From the NCBI GenBank assembly GCA_963829055.1, contig CAWHHI010000013.1, forward strand, positions 26,478 through 90,477: a stretch of 64,000 nucleotides of DNA, written 5' to 3'. The translations under genes were made by a program, and so were the position numbers. The stretch comes from an uncultured Gemmatimonadaceae bacterium. Lineage in GTDB: Bacteria; Gemmatimonadota; Gemmatimonadetes; Gemmatimonadales; Gemmatimonadaceae. The notes under the pieces were generated by a model. It made no database searches. It was not told the origin of the DNA and was given only the letters and a program-made list of their open reading frames with translations. Shown here piece by piece: positions 20,196 to 29,736 of the stretch (the first letter of the stretch is position 1; every line of letters begins with the position of its first letter).

Positions 20196-22640
20196 ATGCT
20201 CATCTCCAACATCCGCTACGCCTTCCGCACCCTGGCCCGCGCCCCCGGCTTCACCCTGGCCGTGGTCCTCACCCTCGGGCTCGGCATTGGCGCCAACACC
20301 GCGATTTTCAGCGTCGTCCGCGGCGTTCTGCTCAAGCCACTGCCCAACAAGGACGGGGACCGACTGGTCTACCTGCGCCAGTCCATCAAGGGGCCCGGCG
20401 GCGAGGACATCAACTTCTCCGTCCCCGAGATCAACGACCTTCGGACCGGTGCGAAGAGCCTGGGCGCCATCGCGGAGTACTCCTCGATCATCTACACGCT
20501 CGACAAGGGCCAGGACGCCGTGCGGATGAACGTCGCGCTCGTGAGCGGCAACTATTTCAAGGTCATGGGACTGTCGGCGATCGCCGGCCGCCTGCTGAAC
20601 GAGGGCGACGATGGCGTGAACGTGCCGCCGGTCATGGTGCTCACGGAGGACTACTGGATGAAGGCGTTCGGCGGCGACCGGTCGATCATCGGCAAGCCGG
20701 TCCGCTTCGGCGGCAAGTCCGTGATGGTCGTGGGCGTCGTGCAGTCGGCGCCGAACTTCCCGCGCCCGATGGACGCGCTGCTCAACCTCGTCATGAGCGA
20801 GCACCACACGAGCGCACTCATGGTGCAGGGTCGTACGCATCGCATGACACAGGTCATCGGGCGACTCGCGCCGGGCGCGACGATCGAACAGGTCAAGTCC
20901 GAAGTCGCCACCGTGCGCGCTCGCGTGCAGAAGGAATTCGTCGAGTCGTACGACCCGGGCTCCGAATATCGCGTGACCGTGATTCCCTTCCACGAGGTCC
21001 TCGGTGAGAAGGCGCGCCTCACGCTGTGGCTCCTCATGGGCGCGGCCGCGTTCGTGATGATCATCTCGTGCGCGAACGTCGCGAACCTGACGCTCATGCG
21101 CTCGGTGCGCCGCGAGCACGAGCTCGTGGTCCGCGCGGCGCTCGGCGCCGGAGCAGGTCGGCTGCGTGGCCTGCTGCTGGTCGAGAACCTGGTGCTGGCC
21201 TTCATGGGCGCCACGTTAGGCCTGGTCCTGGCCGTCGGCGGCGTCAAGCTCCTCACCTCGCTCGCGGCGCGCTATTCGACACGTGCCAACGAGATCAAGC
21301 TCGACGGCGTCGTCCTCGGATTCACCGCGTTGTTGGCGGTCGTCGTTGCGGTCCTCCTCTCCTACGCTCCGAAGCTCGCGAAGGAAGGTTCACTCGCGGC
21401 GTGGGTCGCGGCCGGCGTGAACCGCATGAGCGCGGGCGTGAAACGGCAGCGGCTTCAGCGCGGACTCGTCGTCGCGCAGATCGCCGTATCGGTCATCCTG
21501 TTGACGGGTGCGGGACTCCTCACACGCACGATGCTGCAGCTCTCCGAGGTGAAGACCGGACTCAACACCGAGCAGATCCTCACGATGGAAGTGCCGTTCG
21601 ACTACGGCTCGCGGAAGGACGCGGACGCGAAGGCACTGTTCGACCGCATGCGTCGCGAGGTCGCGGCCATTCCTGGCGTGAGCGAGGTCGGAGTCGGGTC
21701 GACGATGCCGCTGCGTTCCGCGGACGTGCAGCTCGAGGTGAAGGCCGAAGGGCGTCCGCTCGCATCAGGCGAAGCGATGCCGCGCGCGGAGTTCCGCACG
21801 GTGGGTCCCGCATTCTTCCGTGCGGCGGGCGTTCCGCTCGTCAAAGGGCGTGAGTTCTCCGAGACGGATCGGAAGGAGTCGGGGATGGTCGTGATCCTGA
21901 ACAAGACGCTCGCGGATCAGCTCTTCCCCGACCGCGATCCGATCGGTCAGCGTGTGGCCTGGACGGGCGATGTACTGCGGTTCATCGGCGTGAGCGATGA
22001 GTGGCGCACGGTCGTCGGTGTCGTCGGCAACACGAAGGACGGTGGGCTCGACGCCGAGCCGCGTGGCATCGTCTTTCAGCCGCTCGAGCAGGAGCAGCTG
22101 TTCGGCGGCGGCCTCGTGATCCGCGCGCAGCGTGACCCGGCCTCGCTCATCCCGGCGGCAACGCGTCTCGTCCGGAGCATCGTACCTAACGACCCGATCG
22201 AGAACGTGCTCACGATCCCGCAGATCAAGGATCAGAGCGTCGCGCCGAGGCGGCTGAACGCGGTGCTGGTGTCGTCGTTCGGCATGCTGGCGGTGATCAT
22301 CGCGGCGGTCGGCATTGCCGGCGTGCTCGCATTCTCGGTCAGCGCACGCACGAACGAGATCGGTATCCGCATGAGCCTCGGCGCCGACAGCGCGCGCGTC
22401 CAGCGGATGGTACTGGCGGAGGGCGGGATCCTTCTGGTGTATGGCCTGTTGCTCGGCGTCGTCGGCGCGCTCATCGGCACGCGACTCATGCGCGGCCTGC
22501 TGTTCGGTGTGACGCCTAACGATCCGCTCACGCTCGTGGGTGTGGCGGCGATGATGGTCGTGGTCGGTATCGCGGCGTGCTGGCTGCCGGCGCTGCGCGC
22601 GGCGAGGATCGATCCGGCGGTCGCGATCAGAAGGCAGTAG
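20196..22640 (+). CDS. ADOP-family (MacB/FtsX-like, duplicated) ABC permease
   Basis: LGLGIGANTAIFS, SCANVANL, RAALGA, EIGIRMSLGA, AARIDP; 814 aa, intact. Confidence 0.93.
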   Translation: MLISNIRYAFRTLARAPGFTLAVVLTLGLGIGANTAIFSVVRGVLLKPLPNKDGDRLVYLRQSIKGPGGEDINFSVPEINDLRTGAKSLGAIAEYSSIIYTLDKGQDAVRMNVALVSGNYFKVMGLSAIAGRLLNEGDDGVNVPPVMVLTEDYWMKAFGGDRSIIGKPVRFGGKSVMVVGVVQSAPNFPRPMDALLNLVMSEHHTSALMVQGRTHRMTQVIGRLAPGATIEQVKSEVATVRARVQKEFVESYDPGSEYRVTVIPFHEVLGEKARLTLWLLMGAAAFVMIISCANVANLTLMRSVRREHELVVRAALGAGAGRLRGLLLVENLVLAFMGATLGLVLAVGGVKLLTSLAARYSTRANEIKLDGVVLGFTALLAVVVAVLLSYAPKLAKEGSLAAWVAAGVNRMSAGVKRQRLQRGLVVAQIAVSVILLTGAGLLTRTMLQLSEVKTGLNTEQILTMEVPFDYGSRKDADAKALFDRMRREVAAIPGVSEVGVGSTMPLRSADVQLEVKAEGRPLASGEAMPRAEFRTVGPAFFRAAGVPLVKGREFSETDRKESGMVVILNKTLADQLFPDRDPIGQRVAWTGDVLRFIGVSDEWRTVVGVVGNTKDGGLDAEPRGIVFQPLEQEQLFGGGLVIRAQRDPASLIPAATRLVRSIVPNDPIENVLTIPQIKDQSVAPRRLNAVLVSSFGMLAVIIAAVGIAGVLAFSVSARTNEIGIRMSLGADSARVQRMVLAEGGILLVYGLLLGVVGALIGTRLMRGLLFGVTPNDPLTLVGVAAMMVVVGIAACWLPALRAARIDPAVAIRRQ

Positions 22641-22751
22641 GAAGAAACACCTTCAGCTGTCGGGCATTGGCAAAGCAACAGCGACAACAACGACGACAGC
22701 ACTTGCAGCGGGCCGCGTTCTCCCTGTGAGACGCGGCTCGCTGCGTACCGC

Positions 22752-23249
22752 CTAGCTGTTGGGACCGACCAGGTCTCCCTGAGCGGCCGCGCACCACTGG
22801 CTGTTGACGAGCGTTGCGAGCCCGAGCACGTCCGTCGGAGCGCCGGGGACCGGAGGCGGGAACGTCAAGGCGGGAAGCTGCCCGCTCGAGATGAGCACGT
22901 TCAGCTCGCTGAGGAGTGCGCCGGAGAGGCCGCAGGCCGCGTCGAAGTTCCGAGGTGTCTGGTCGAGCGATTTCGCAATGGTTTCCATCTTCGCGTCGAG
23001 CGATCTCGTCTGACCGCAATTCACACTCGACCCGGCGGCGTCGAGTGATTCGTTGATCCACTCTTCCAGGCCGTGGAGCGCGGGAAGCGGACTCACAGTC
23101 GTGCCGATGTCGATCGCGCAGCTCGCGCCGGTCTTGGCGAACGACACGGTCGGAATGTTGGCCGATGGTGACGTCGGCTCGGTCCGCTCACAGGCTGCCG
23201 TGAACAGTGCGGCGGCTCCTGCGACGGCAATCAGTCGTGCTCGGTTCAT
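22752..23249 (-). CDS. Hypothetical lipoprotein
   Basis: GGAGGAG RBS; MNRARLIAVAGAAALFTAAC lipobox; four further Cys. Confidence 0.7.
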   Translation of the reverse strand: MNRARLIAVAGAAALFTAACERTEPTSPSANIPTVSFAKTGASCAIDIGTTVSPLPALHGLEEWINESLDAAGSSVNCGQTRSLDAKMETIAKSLDQTPRNFDAACGLSGALLSELNVLISSGQLPALTFPPPVPGAPTDVLGLATLVNSQWCAAAQGDLVGPNS

Positions 23250-23426
23250 GTGCTCCTCCAACTTCAGGGTGTCTCGATTGCTTCGGATCAAGAGCACGCA
23301 ATCTGACCGTGCTCACCACGAGCTTCAAGCTGAGCCACACAGATGGTAGCGCCTAACGTGCTGTGAGCGCGTGATGCCTCCTTCACATCGAGGTACAGCT
23401 ACGATGACGCTGTCGCGCGGCTCGAC

Positions 23427-25205
23427 CTAGGCGAAGAAGTCCGCCAGCTCGCGGTACGGTATGCCGAGTCGCTGCGCCATCGTGCGGTCGGCAGCTGAGC
23501 GGCCGACGACGACGCTCTCAGCGAGTGCGACCTGCTCGCGGAGCGCGAACTCCAGCAGCAATCCCGGCAGCGGCTTGCGACACCAGCAGATCGGCGGACC
23601 CGCATCGTGCGGGCAACACGCGATCGTGATGTCGACTTCGAGCGCCCTGCGCGTGCGCTCGAAGTGATCACGTACGCTGTCGAGTGTCGCCTTGCCTCGC
23701 GCGATGTCCGGACGCCATGCGTGCGCGAACAACACCCAGCCATCCGCCAGGGACTGCGGGAGTATGCGCTGGCGGTCGGCGGCGCCGGCGTCGCCGATCA
23801 GGTCATCGTAGTCGAGCACGATCGCGCGCTTCGTCGCATGAGTCGTCGGCTGGCGCGCGAATCCGATCTCCTCGACGCGCGTGAAGCCTTCATCCGCCAC
23901 GGGCGGCTCGACGGTCCGTTCGTAGCGGAACTGAGCCTCGGGCCCGAAGTACCGAGGGTCGGTCTTTCCACGCTCGCGGATCTCCTCCGGGCTCGGCAAC
24001 GAACCATGGACGTCGACGAGTCGCGTGATGGCGTTGATCTGCGCATCGGCAACGGTCGTGGCCACCCAGACACAGCGAACCGGAACGCCGTACAGCCAGG
24101 CAGCTTCAATGACCTCGTTGCGTGACTTGCGCGACGGGTACGTGTTGTCGAGGACCCAGCGTCTGCGACCACCCGCGAGTCCGGCGTCGAGCTCACGCAC
24201 GAGATCCGACAGCGAGCCGCCGCGCTCGTCTCGATTGAGACGCCCGTAGCCGGATGCCTCGAGCGCTCGTGCCGTCGTGCTCTTGCCTGCTCCAGGCATA
24301 CCCATGACCAGCACGACCTCGCCCGCCGCGTCGTCAGGCGGTCGCCGCTCTGAGCGCGGCACGCGAAGGAGACGCCCCGAAAAACGATCATCCAGCTGCC
24401 GGCGGTCGTCGTCCGAGAGCCTAACGCGCAATACCCTCGCGATCGACTGGGCGGTTTCGACGCGCGTCGCCCCAGGAATCGGCGTGACGAGTGGGCTCAG
24501 GTCCATGAGCCACGCGAGCGCCACTTCCGCCGGCGTGGCGTCGTGGCGGGACGCAACCTCGGCCAGCACCGCGTCGCGTGCGAGCCGATTCACGCGTTCT
24601 CCGCCTAACGGCCGATACGCGATGAGACGAATGCCGTGATCCCGGCAGTACTCCGCTACGCCGTTGCGGAGGTTCTCGTCGTCGAGCGGGGACAGGCTCA
24701 CCTGTACCGACGCGATCTCGGCGATCCGCCGCGCCGCCTCGATCTGACCGACGGTCACGTTGCAGAGGCCAATGCGACGGATCTTCCCTTCCGCCTGAAG
24801 CGCGGCCAGCGCCCGCACGCTCGTCTCGAGCGAGGTGCGTGGGTCGACGGCATGGAGCTGGTAGAGGTCGATCGCATCCACCTCGAGCGCCCGCCGGCTC
24901 GCCTCGCACGCGGCGCGAAGAGACTTGGCCTTTCCGTCCGCGACCCACTGGCCGCCGGGTCGGCGCAGACCGCCCTTGGTCGCAACCTCGATTCTCGTCC
25001 GATCCCCAGACCACCCGCGAAGCGCCTCGGCGATCAACCGCTCGTTGTGGCCGGTCTCGGTGTCGTCATGACAGTACGCGTCCGAGGTGTCGAGCAGCGT
25101 CGCGCCGGCGTCCAGGGCAGCACGGATCACCTCGATGGACCGCGCGTCATCGCGGTCCGCCGAGGTGGACAGGCGCATACAGCCGAGGCCGACTTGTACT
25201 GTCAT
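23427..25205 (-). CDS. Aldo/keto reductase fused to a P-loop (polynucleotide kinase-like) domain and a HAD-like domain
   Basis: GLGCMRLS, DTSDAY, IDLYQLH, PIPGA; GMPGAGKST, LDNTYPSRKSR; CPH...CWCRKPLPG. Confidence 0.85.
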   Translation of the reverse strand: MTVQVGLGCMRLSTSADRDDARSIEVIRAALDAGATLLDTSDAYCHDDTETGHNERLIAEALRGWSGDRTRIEVATKGGLRRPGGQWVADGKAKSLRAACEASRRALEVDAIDLYQLHAVDPRTSLETSVRALAALQAEGKIRRIGLCNVTVGQIEAARRIAEIASVQVSLSPLDDENLRNGVAEYCRDHGIRLIAYRPLGGERVNRLARDAVLAEVASRHDATPAEVALAWLMDLSPLVTPIPGATRVETAQSIARVLRVRLSDDDRRQLDDRFSGRLLRVPRSERRPPDDAAGEVVLVMGMPGAGKSTTARALEASGYGRLNRDERGGSLSDLVRELDAGLAGGRRRWVLDNTYPSRKSRNEVIEAAWLYGVPVRCVWVATTVADAQINAITRLVDVHGSLPSPEEIRERGKTDPRYFGPEAQFRYERTVEPPVADEGFTRVEEIGFARQPTTHATKRAIVLDYDDLIGDAGAADRQRILPQSLADGWVLFAHAWRPDIARGKATLDSVRDHFERTRRALEVDITIACCPHDAGPPICWCRKPLPGLLLEFALREQVALAESVVVGRSAADRTMAQRLGIPYRELADFFA

Positions 25206-25520
25206 CCCGAGGAGCGGCAGCGACGAGGGACCTTCTTTGATCTCATCGTAGCCTGTTTCCGGCTGGCTTTCTGCGACTCCGGCACTACGGAACGCAGAGC
25301 GCTCTGAACGCTCAGAAGACCCAGAAAAAGAAAATTGAACAATCGGAATTGCCGTTTCTGCGTGATCTGAGCGATCTGAGCCTTCTGCGTTCCGTAGTCC
25401 GGAGCGGCGTGCGGCGACTTCGGGCCGCCCGGGAATAGGCTACGAGCATCACGAAGATCCTCGCTGCGCTCGGATGACAGCTGGACGCTCGGGTGACAGC
25501 TGCTGACGCTCGGGATGACA
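25200..25520. repeat. R1 palindrome containing a second inverted-repeat element, with a triplicated right end
   Basis: Outer GTCATCCCGAG/CTCGG(G)ATGAC; inner CTACGGAACGCAGA/TCTGCGTTCCGTAG. Confidence 0.82.
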
Positions 25521-25540
25521 ACTCCTGCAAACCATCTCGA

Positions 25541-25559
25541 CCTTTAGCCCGTCTAAAGG
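25541..25559. promoter_or_regulatory. Candidate PadR operator
   Basis: CCTTTAG-CCCGT-CTAAAGG inverted repeat overlapping the padR RBS. Confidence 0.55.
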
Positions 25560-25562
25560 AGC

Positions 25563-25919
25563 ATGACCGACGCCGACACGCCGTCACGCTCCGAGGTACT
25601 CCAGGGCACCCTGGAGATGCTCACCCTCAAAGCCCTCACGCTCCAGCCCATGCACGGCTGGGGCATCTCCATCCGGCTCCGCCAGATCTCCGGCGACGTC
25701 TTCGACGTCAACCAGGGGTCGCTCTACCCGGCGCTCCAGCGGATGCTGCGCCGCGGCTGGATCCGCGCCTACTACGCCGACAGCGAGAACAACCGCAAGG
25801 CGCGCTACTACGAGATCACCCGGGAAGGCCAGCGCCAGCTCGCGGTGCAGATGGCCGAGTGGGAGCAGTCGTCGCGGGCGGTGAATCGCGTGCTGCGGTT
25901 CGCGACGCAGGGAGCGTAG
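25563..25919 (+). CDS. PadR family regulator (Acidobacteria-type)
   Basis: LQGTLEML.LK, MHGWGI, QGSLYPAL, SENNRKARYY. Confidence 0.93.
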   Translation: MTDADTPSRSEVLQGTLEMLTLKALTLQPMHGWGISIRLRQISGDVFDVNQGSLYPALQRMLRRGWIRAYYADSENNRKARYYEITREGQRQLAVQMAEWEQSSRAVNRVLRFATQGA

Positions 25920-25923
25920 ACGC

Positions 25924-28629
25924 GTGGCCTGGTACCATGAGATCCTGACGGCGTTCGACGCACTCACGCGACGCGGACGCGCGAAGAGCGTCGCATGGAC
26001 GATGAGATGCAATTTCACCTGGACATGGAGGCTCGTCGACTGATGAGCGAACACGGCATGTCGGAAGACGAGGCGCGTCAGGCAGCGAAGCGCGCGTTCG
26101 GCGGCGTCGAGCGTCACAAGGACGCCGTGCGCGACGAGCGCGGAACGTCGTGGCTCGAAGAACTGGCGCAGGATGCGCGCTTCGGACTGCGCACGCTGAG
26201 CCGTCGACCCGGCTTCACCACCGTCGCGTCGCTCACGCTCGCGCTCGGAATCGGCGCGAGCACCGCGCTCTTCGGTGTCGTGAAGGCCGTGCTTCTCACG
26301 CCACTACCGTATAGTCGTCCCGAAGGCATCGCCGTGCTCTGGAGCGCCTGGAAGGGGTTCGACCAGACGTGGCTCTCCTACGACGAGTACGAGGGGTGGA
26401 AGTCCGACATTCCGGCATTCGCGAACGTCGGGATCTTCAGCGACGGCGCCGTGAACCTCACGGAGAACGGCGAGTCCGACCGACTGCGCGCCGGGTTCAT
26501 CGACCGCGACATCCTCCCGATTCTCGGCGTGACGCCGGCGTTAGGTCGCGGATTCACGGCCGAGGAGGATATTCCGAACGGGCCTAACGTCGTGATCATC
26601 GGGAACGACGTCTGGCAGCGACGGTTCGGGGCGGATCCGTCAGTGGTCGGCCGATCCATTCAGATCAACGGGCAGGCGAGCGCTCGTCGTGGGCGTGATG
26701 CCGGCGGGGTTCAGGCTTCCGCTCGACTTCGGCGCCGACGGGGCGACGCAGGTCTGGATCCCGTTAGGCACGGACGCCGCGAACAACGGGGCCGTGCCCG
26801 GACCGGCCTTCGCCAAGGGCGGTTCGAGTCACGGCTACTACGGCCTCGCGCGACTGCGGGCCGGCGCGACCATCGAGCAGGCGAACAAGCAGCTCGCCGA
26901 TCGCGTCGCACGCCTCGTCGCGGAGGGTGACTATCCGAAGGAGCAGGAATTCCGCGCGTTCGCCGTCGGCGTCGAGGAACAGGTTGCCGGGCGGCTCAAG
27001 CCGGTGCTGCTCGTGGTGTTCGCGGCGGTCGGGTTCGTGCTGCTCATCGCCTGTGCCAACGTCGCGGGGCTGCTGCTCGTGCGCGGCGAGCAGCGACGAC
27101 GCGAAATGGCGCTGCGGGTCGCGCTCGGAGCCGGCAGCCGGCGGATCTCGCGGCAACTGCTCACCGAGACGGTCGTCCTTGCCGGGCTGGGTGGAACGCT
27201 AGGCGTGCTGTTGGCGGCCGGCGGCGTCTGGCTCCTCCGGAACACGGCGCCGGCGTCGTTGCCGCGCGTCGCCGAGACGCGACTCGATCCGGTCGTGCTG
27301 GGATTCGCGTTAGGTATCGCGGTCATCGCGGCGCTGATCGCCGGGCTCCTGCCGGCGCTGCAGGCGACGTCCGTCACGCCGCAGACCGAGCTGAGAGAAG
27401 GCGGACGCTCGGCCACCGCCGGACCCGGCCGACTCCGTTGGCGTCAGACGCTCGTGGCGGCCGAGGTCGCGCTCGCGGTGGTGCTCGTGATGGGCGCTGG
27501 GCTGATGATCCGCAGCGTGTCGAACCTGTTCGCGATCGACGCGGGCATTCGTCCCGAAGGCGTGTTGACGATGCGTCTGTCGACGCCGGCCGCGTGGTAT
27601 CCGGATTCGTTGCGCGTCGGCGCATTCCACGACGAGCTGCGACGGCGCGTCGCGGCGTTGCCGGGCGTGAAGGCGGTGGGCCTCGTGCGGATTCTGCCGC
27701 TCGCGACGGAGGCTGGGCGATTGGGGGTTGCAGGTCGAGGGCTACACGCCGCCGCCTAACCAGGGGACGCCGGCCGACTGGCAGGTCGTGACACCCGGCT
27801 ACTTCGAGGCGATGGGCATCCACCTCGTGCAGGGTCGCTTCTTCGACGAGCGCGACCGCATGGACGCGCCACTCGCGATGATCATCAACCGCCGATTCGT
27901 GGAGCTGTATCTCCAGGGCCGTCCGCCACTCGGCGCGCAGGTCGCGCATTGGCGGCGGCAACGCGACCGGGCCGAAGTACACGGTCGTGGGCGTCGTGGA
28001 CAACGTGAAGCACAACGGCCTGACGCGCGAGGTGAAAGCCCAGTTCTACGCGCCGCAGCCGCAGTTCGCGACGAATCCGGGCAACACCAGTCGCACCATG
28101 ACGCTCGTCGTCAGAGGCAACGTCGACCCGAAGCAGCTCATCAACCCGGTGCGGTCCGTCGTGAAGGAGCTCGACCCGCGACTTCCGATCTCGGACGTGC
28201 GCTCGATGAACGAGGTCGTGGAGCAACGCGATCGCTGCACCTCGCTTCGCGATGCAGCTCCTCGGCCTGTTCGGGGTGCTCGCGCTCGTGCTGTCGGCGA
28301 TCGGGATCTTCGGGATCGTGTCGCAGGTCGTTGCGTCACGCACCCAGGAGTTCGGCATTCGCGCCGCGCTGGGCGCGACGCCGAGGAATCTGCTGATACT
28401 GAGCCTCGGCAGCGGCGTGCGTCAGGCGGGCGCGGGCCTCGTCGTTGGCGTCGCGGCGGCGCTCGTGCTCACGCGCACGATGACGTCGATGCTGCAGGGC
28501 GTGACGGCGACGGATCCGGTGACGTTCGTGACGGTGGTGGTGGTGACCGCGGTGGTGGCGGTCGGCGCGAGCATGATCCCGGCGCGCCGCGCAGCGAAGA
28601 CCGACCTGGCAAAAGTAATGACAGGCTGA
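25924..28629 (+). CDS. ADOP-family ABC permease with N-terminal extension (frameshifted)
   Basis: DEMQFHL..AKRAFGG, LALGIGASTALF, IACANVAGL, EFGIRAALGA across ORFs 25995, 26689, 27728, 27987 and 28252. Confidence 0.88.
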
Positions 28630-28689
28630 ACCGGCACTCGGCGCTGCCGAACGATGGCGAGAGTCGGAGTCTGTCAGTCGGTTGTCATT

Positions 28690-28785
28690 CCGCGCGAAGC
28701 CGGCGTCTACGGGGACTGAGACCTGATGACTCCTACTGACGTGACTGGCACGCTTGGTACTGGGAGTGCCGCCGCCGGATGCCGT
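28690..28785. repeat. Degenerate R4 copy D (right arm only recognisable)
   Basis: AAGCCGGCG..ACGGGGAC, CCTGATG, CTTGGTACTGG..TGCCGCCGCCGGATGCC resemble the right ends of B and C. Confidence 0.5.
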
Positions 28786-28991
28786 GCGGTGCGCATGGCA
28801 TCAACCCTCGCGACAGTCCTCGACCACCTCCCACCGAAATGCGTGATGTGGTCGTGCGAGCCGGGCAGGTTCTGGCAGAAGATGCAGGTGGTCTGCAAGG
28901 GGACCGTCCGGCGAGTCAATTGGCACTACATTTCCGTCCACCAAATTTCCCGGTTTTCGCGGGCGACTCAACCCTCACCGGAGATTCCCAG

Positions 28992-29477
28992 TTGCCTAAC
29001 GCCTACAACCCCGCCGCCACCGCGGTCACCGCGGACGCGTTGCTCGACCACTGGCAGGGCCACCGCCGCCTGACGCGGCGCATGATCGAAGCGTTCCCCG
29101 ATGACAAGCTGTTCACGTATTCGCTCGGCGGAATGCGCACGTTCGGCGAGCTCGCGCTCGAGATGCTCACGATGGGCGCGCCGATGGTGCGTGGGACGGT
29201 GACGAACAAGTGGGATTCGTCGATGGACCGCTCGCCACGTGCGCGCGCCGAGCTGCTGAAGCAGTGGGACGAGGCGACGGAGCAGATCAACGCGCTGTGG
29301 AAGCAGATTCCGCCCGAGCGCTTTCACGAGACGATCAAGGCGTTCGGTCAGTATGAAGGCCGCGTGTCGGATCTACTGCTCTACGTCATCGACAACGAGA
29401 TTCATCATCGCGGGCAGGGGTACGTATACCTTCGAACCCTCGGGATCGACCCGCCACCGTTTTACGAGCGGCAATAG
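28992..29477 (+). CDS. DinB family protein
   Basis: HWQGHRRLT, GMRTFGEL, DNEIHHRGQGYVYLR; GGAG followed by a TTG start. Confidence 0.88.
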   Translation: MPNAYNPAATAVTADALLDHWQGHRRLTRRMIEAFPDDKLFTYSLGGMRTFGELALEMLTMGAPMVRGTVTNKWDSSMDRSPRARAELLKQWDEATEQINALWKQIPPERFHETIKAFGQYEGRVSDLLLYVIDNEIHHRGQGYVYLRTLGIDPPPFYERQ

Positions 29478-29532
29478 AGCTCGACTGGCGTTGGTCTTGT
29501 TGGACCGGAATGCCAAGCATCGCTTCAGAGCT

Positions 29533-29695
29533 TGGCCAGTGACTCAGCACGCCAGCCTTCAGTAGGAGGTGTCAGGCATCAGTCTCCGAGCCCAGTCGGC
29601 AGTCCGCGCCCAAGCGCGACCCAAGCCGGCGGATACGGGACCTGATGCCTGATACCTCGCTGCTGAGCAGTCGCTGACGCACTTGGTACTGGCCA
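29533..29695. repeat. R4 long-hairpin element copy B
   Basis: TGGCCAGT..GAGGTGTCAGGCATCAG..CTGATGCCTGATACCTC..GTACTGGCCA. Confidence 0.88.
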
Positions 29696-29736
29696 TGCCG
29701 CCGCCAGAGATCCTGACGCGTTTGCGCCGTTCTGGA

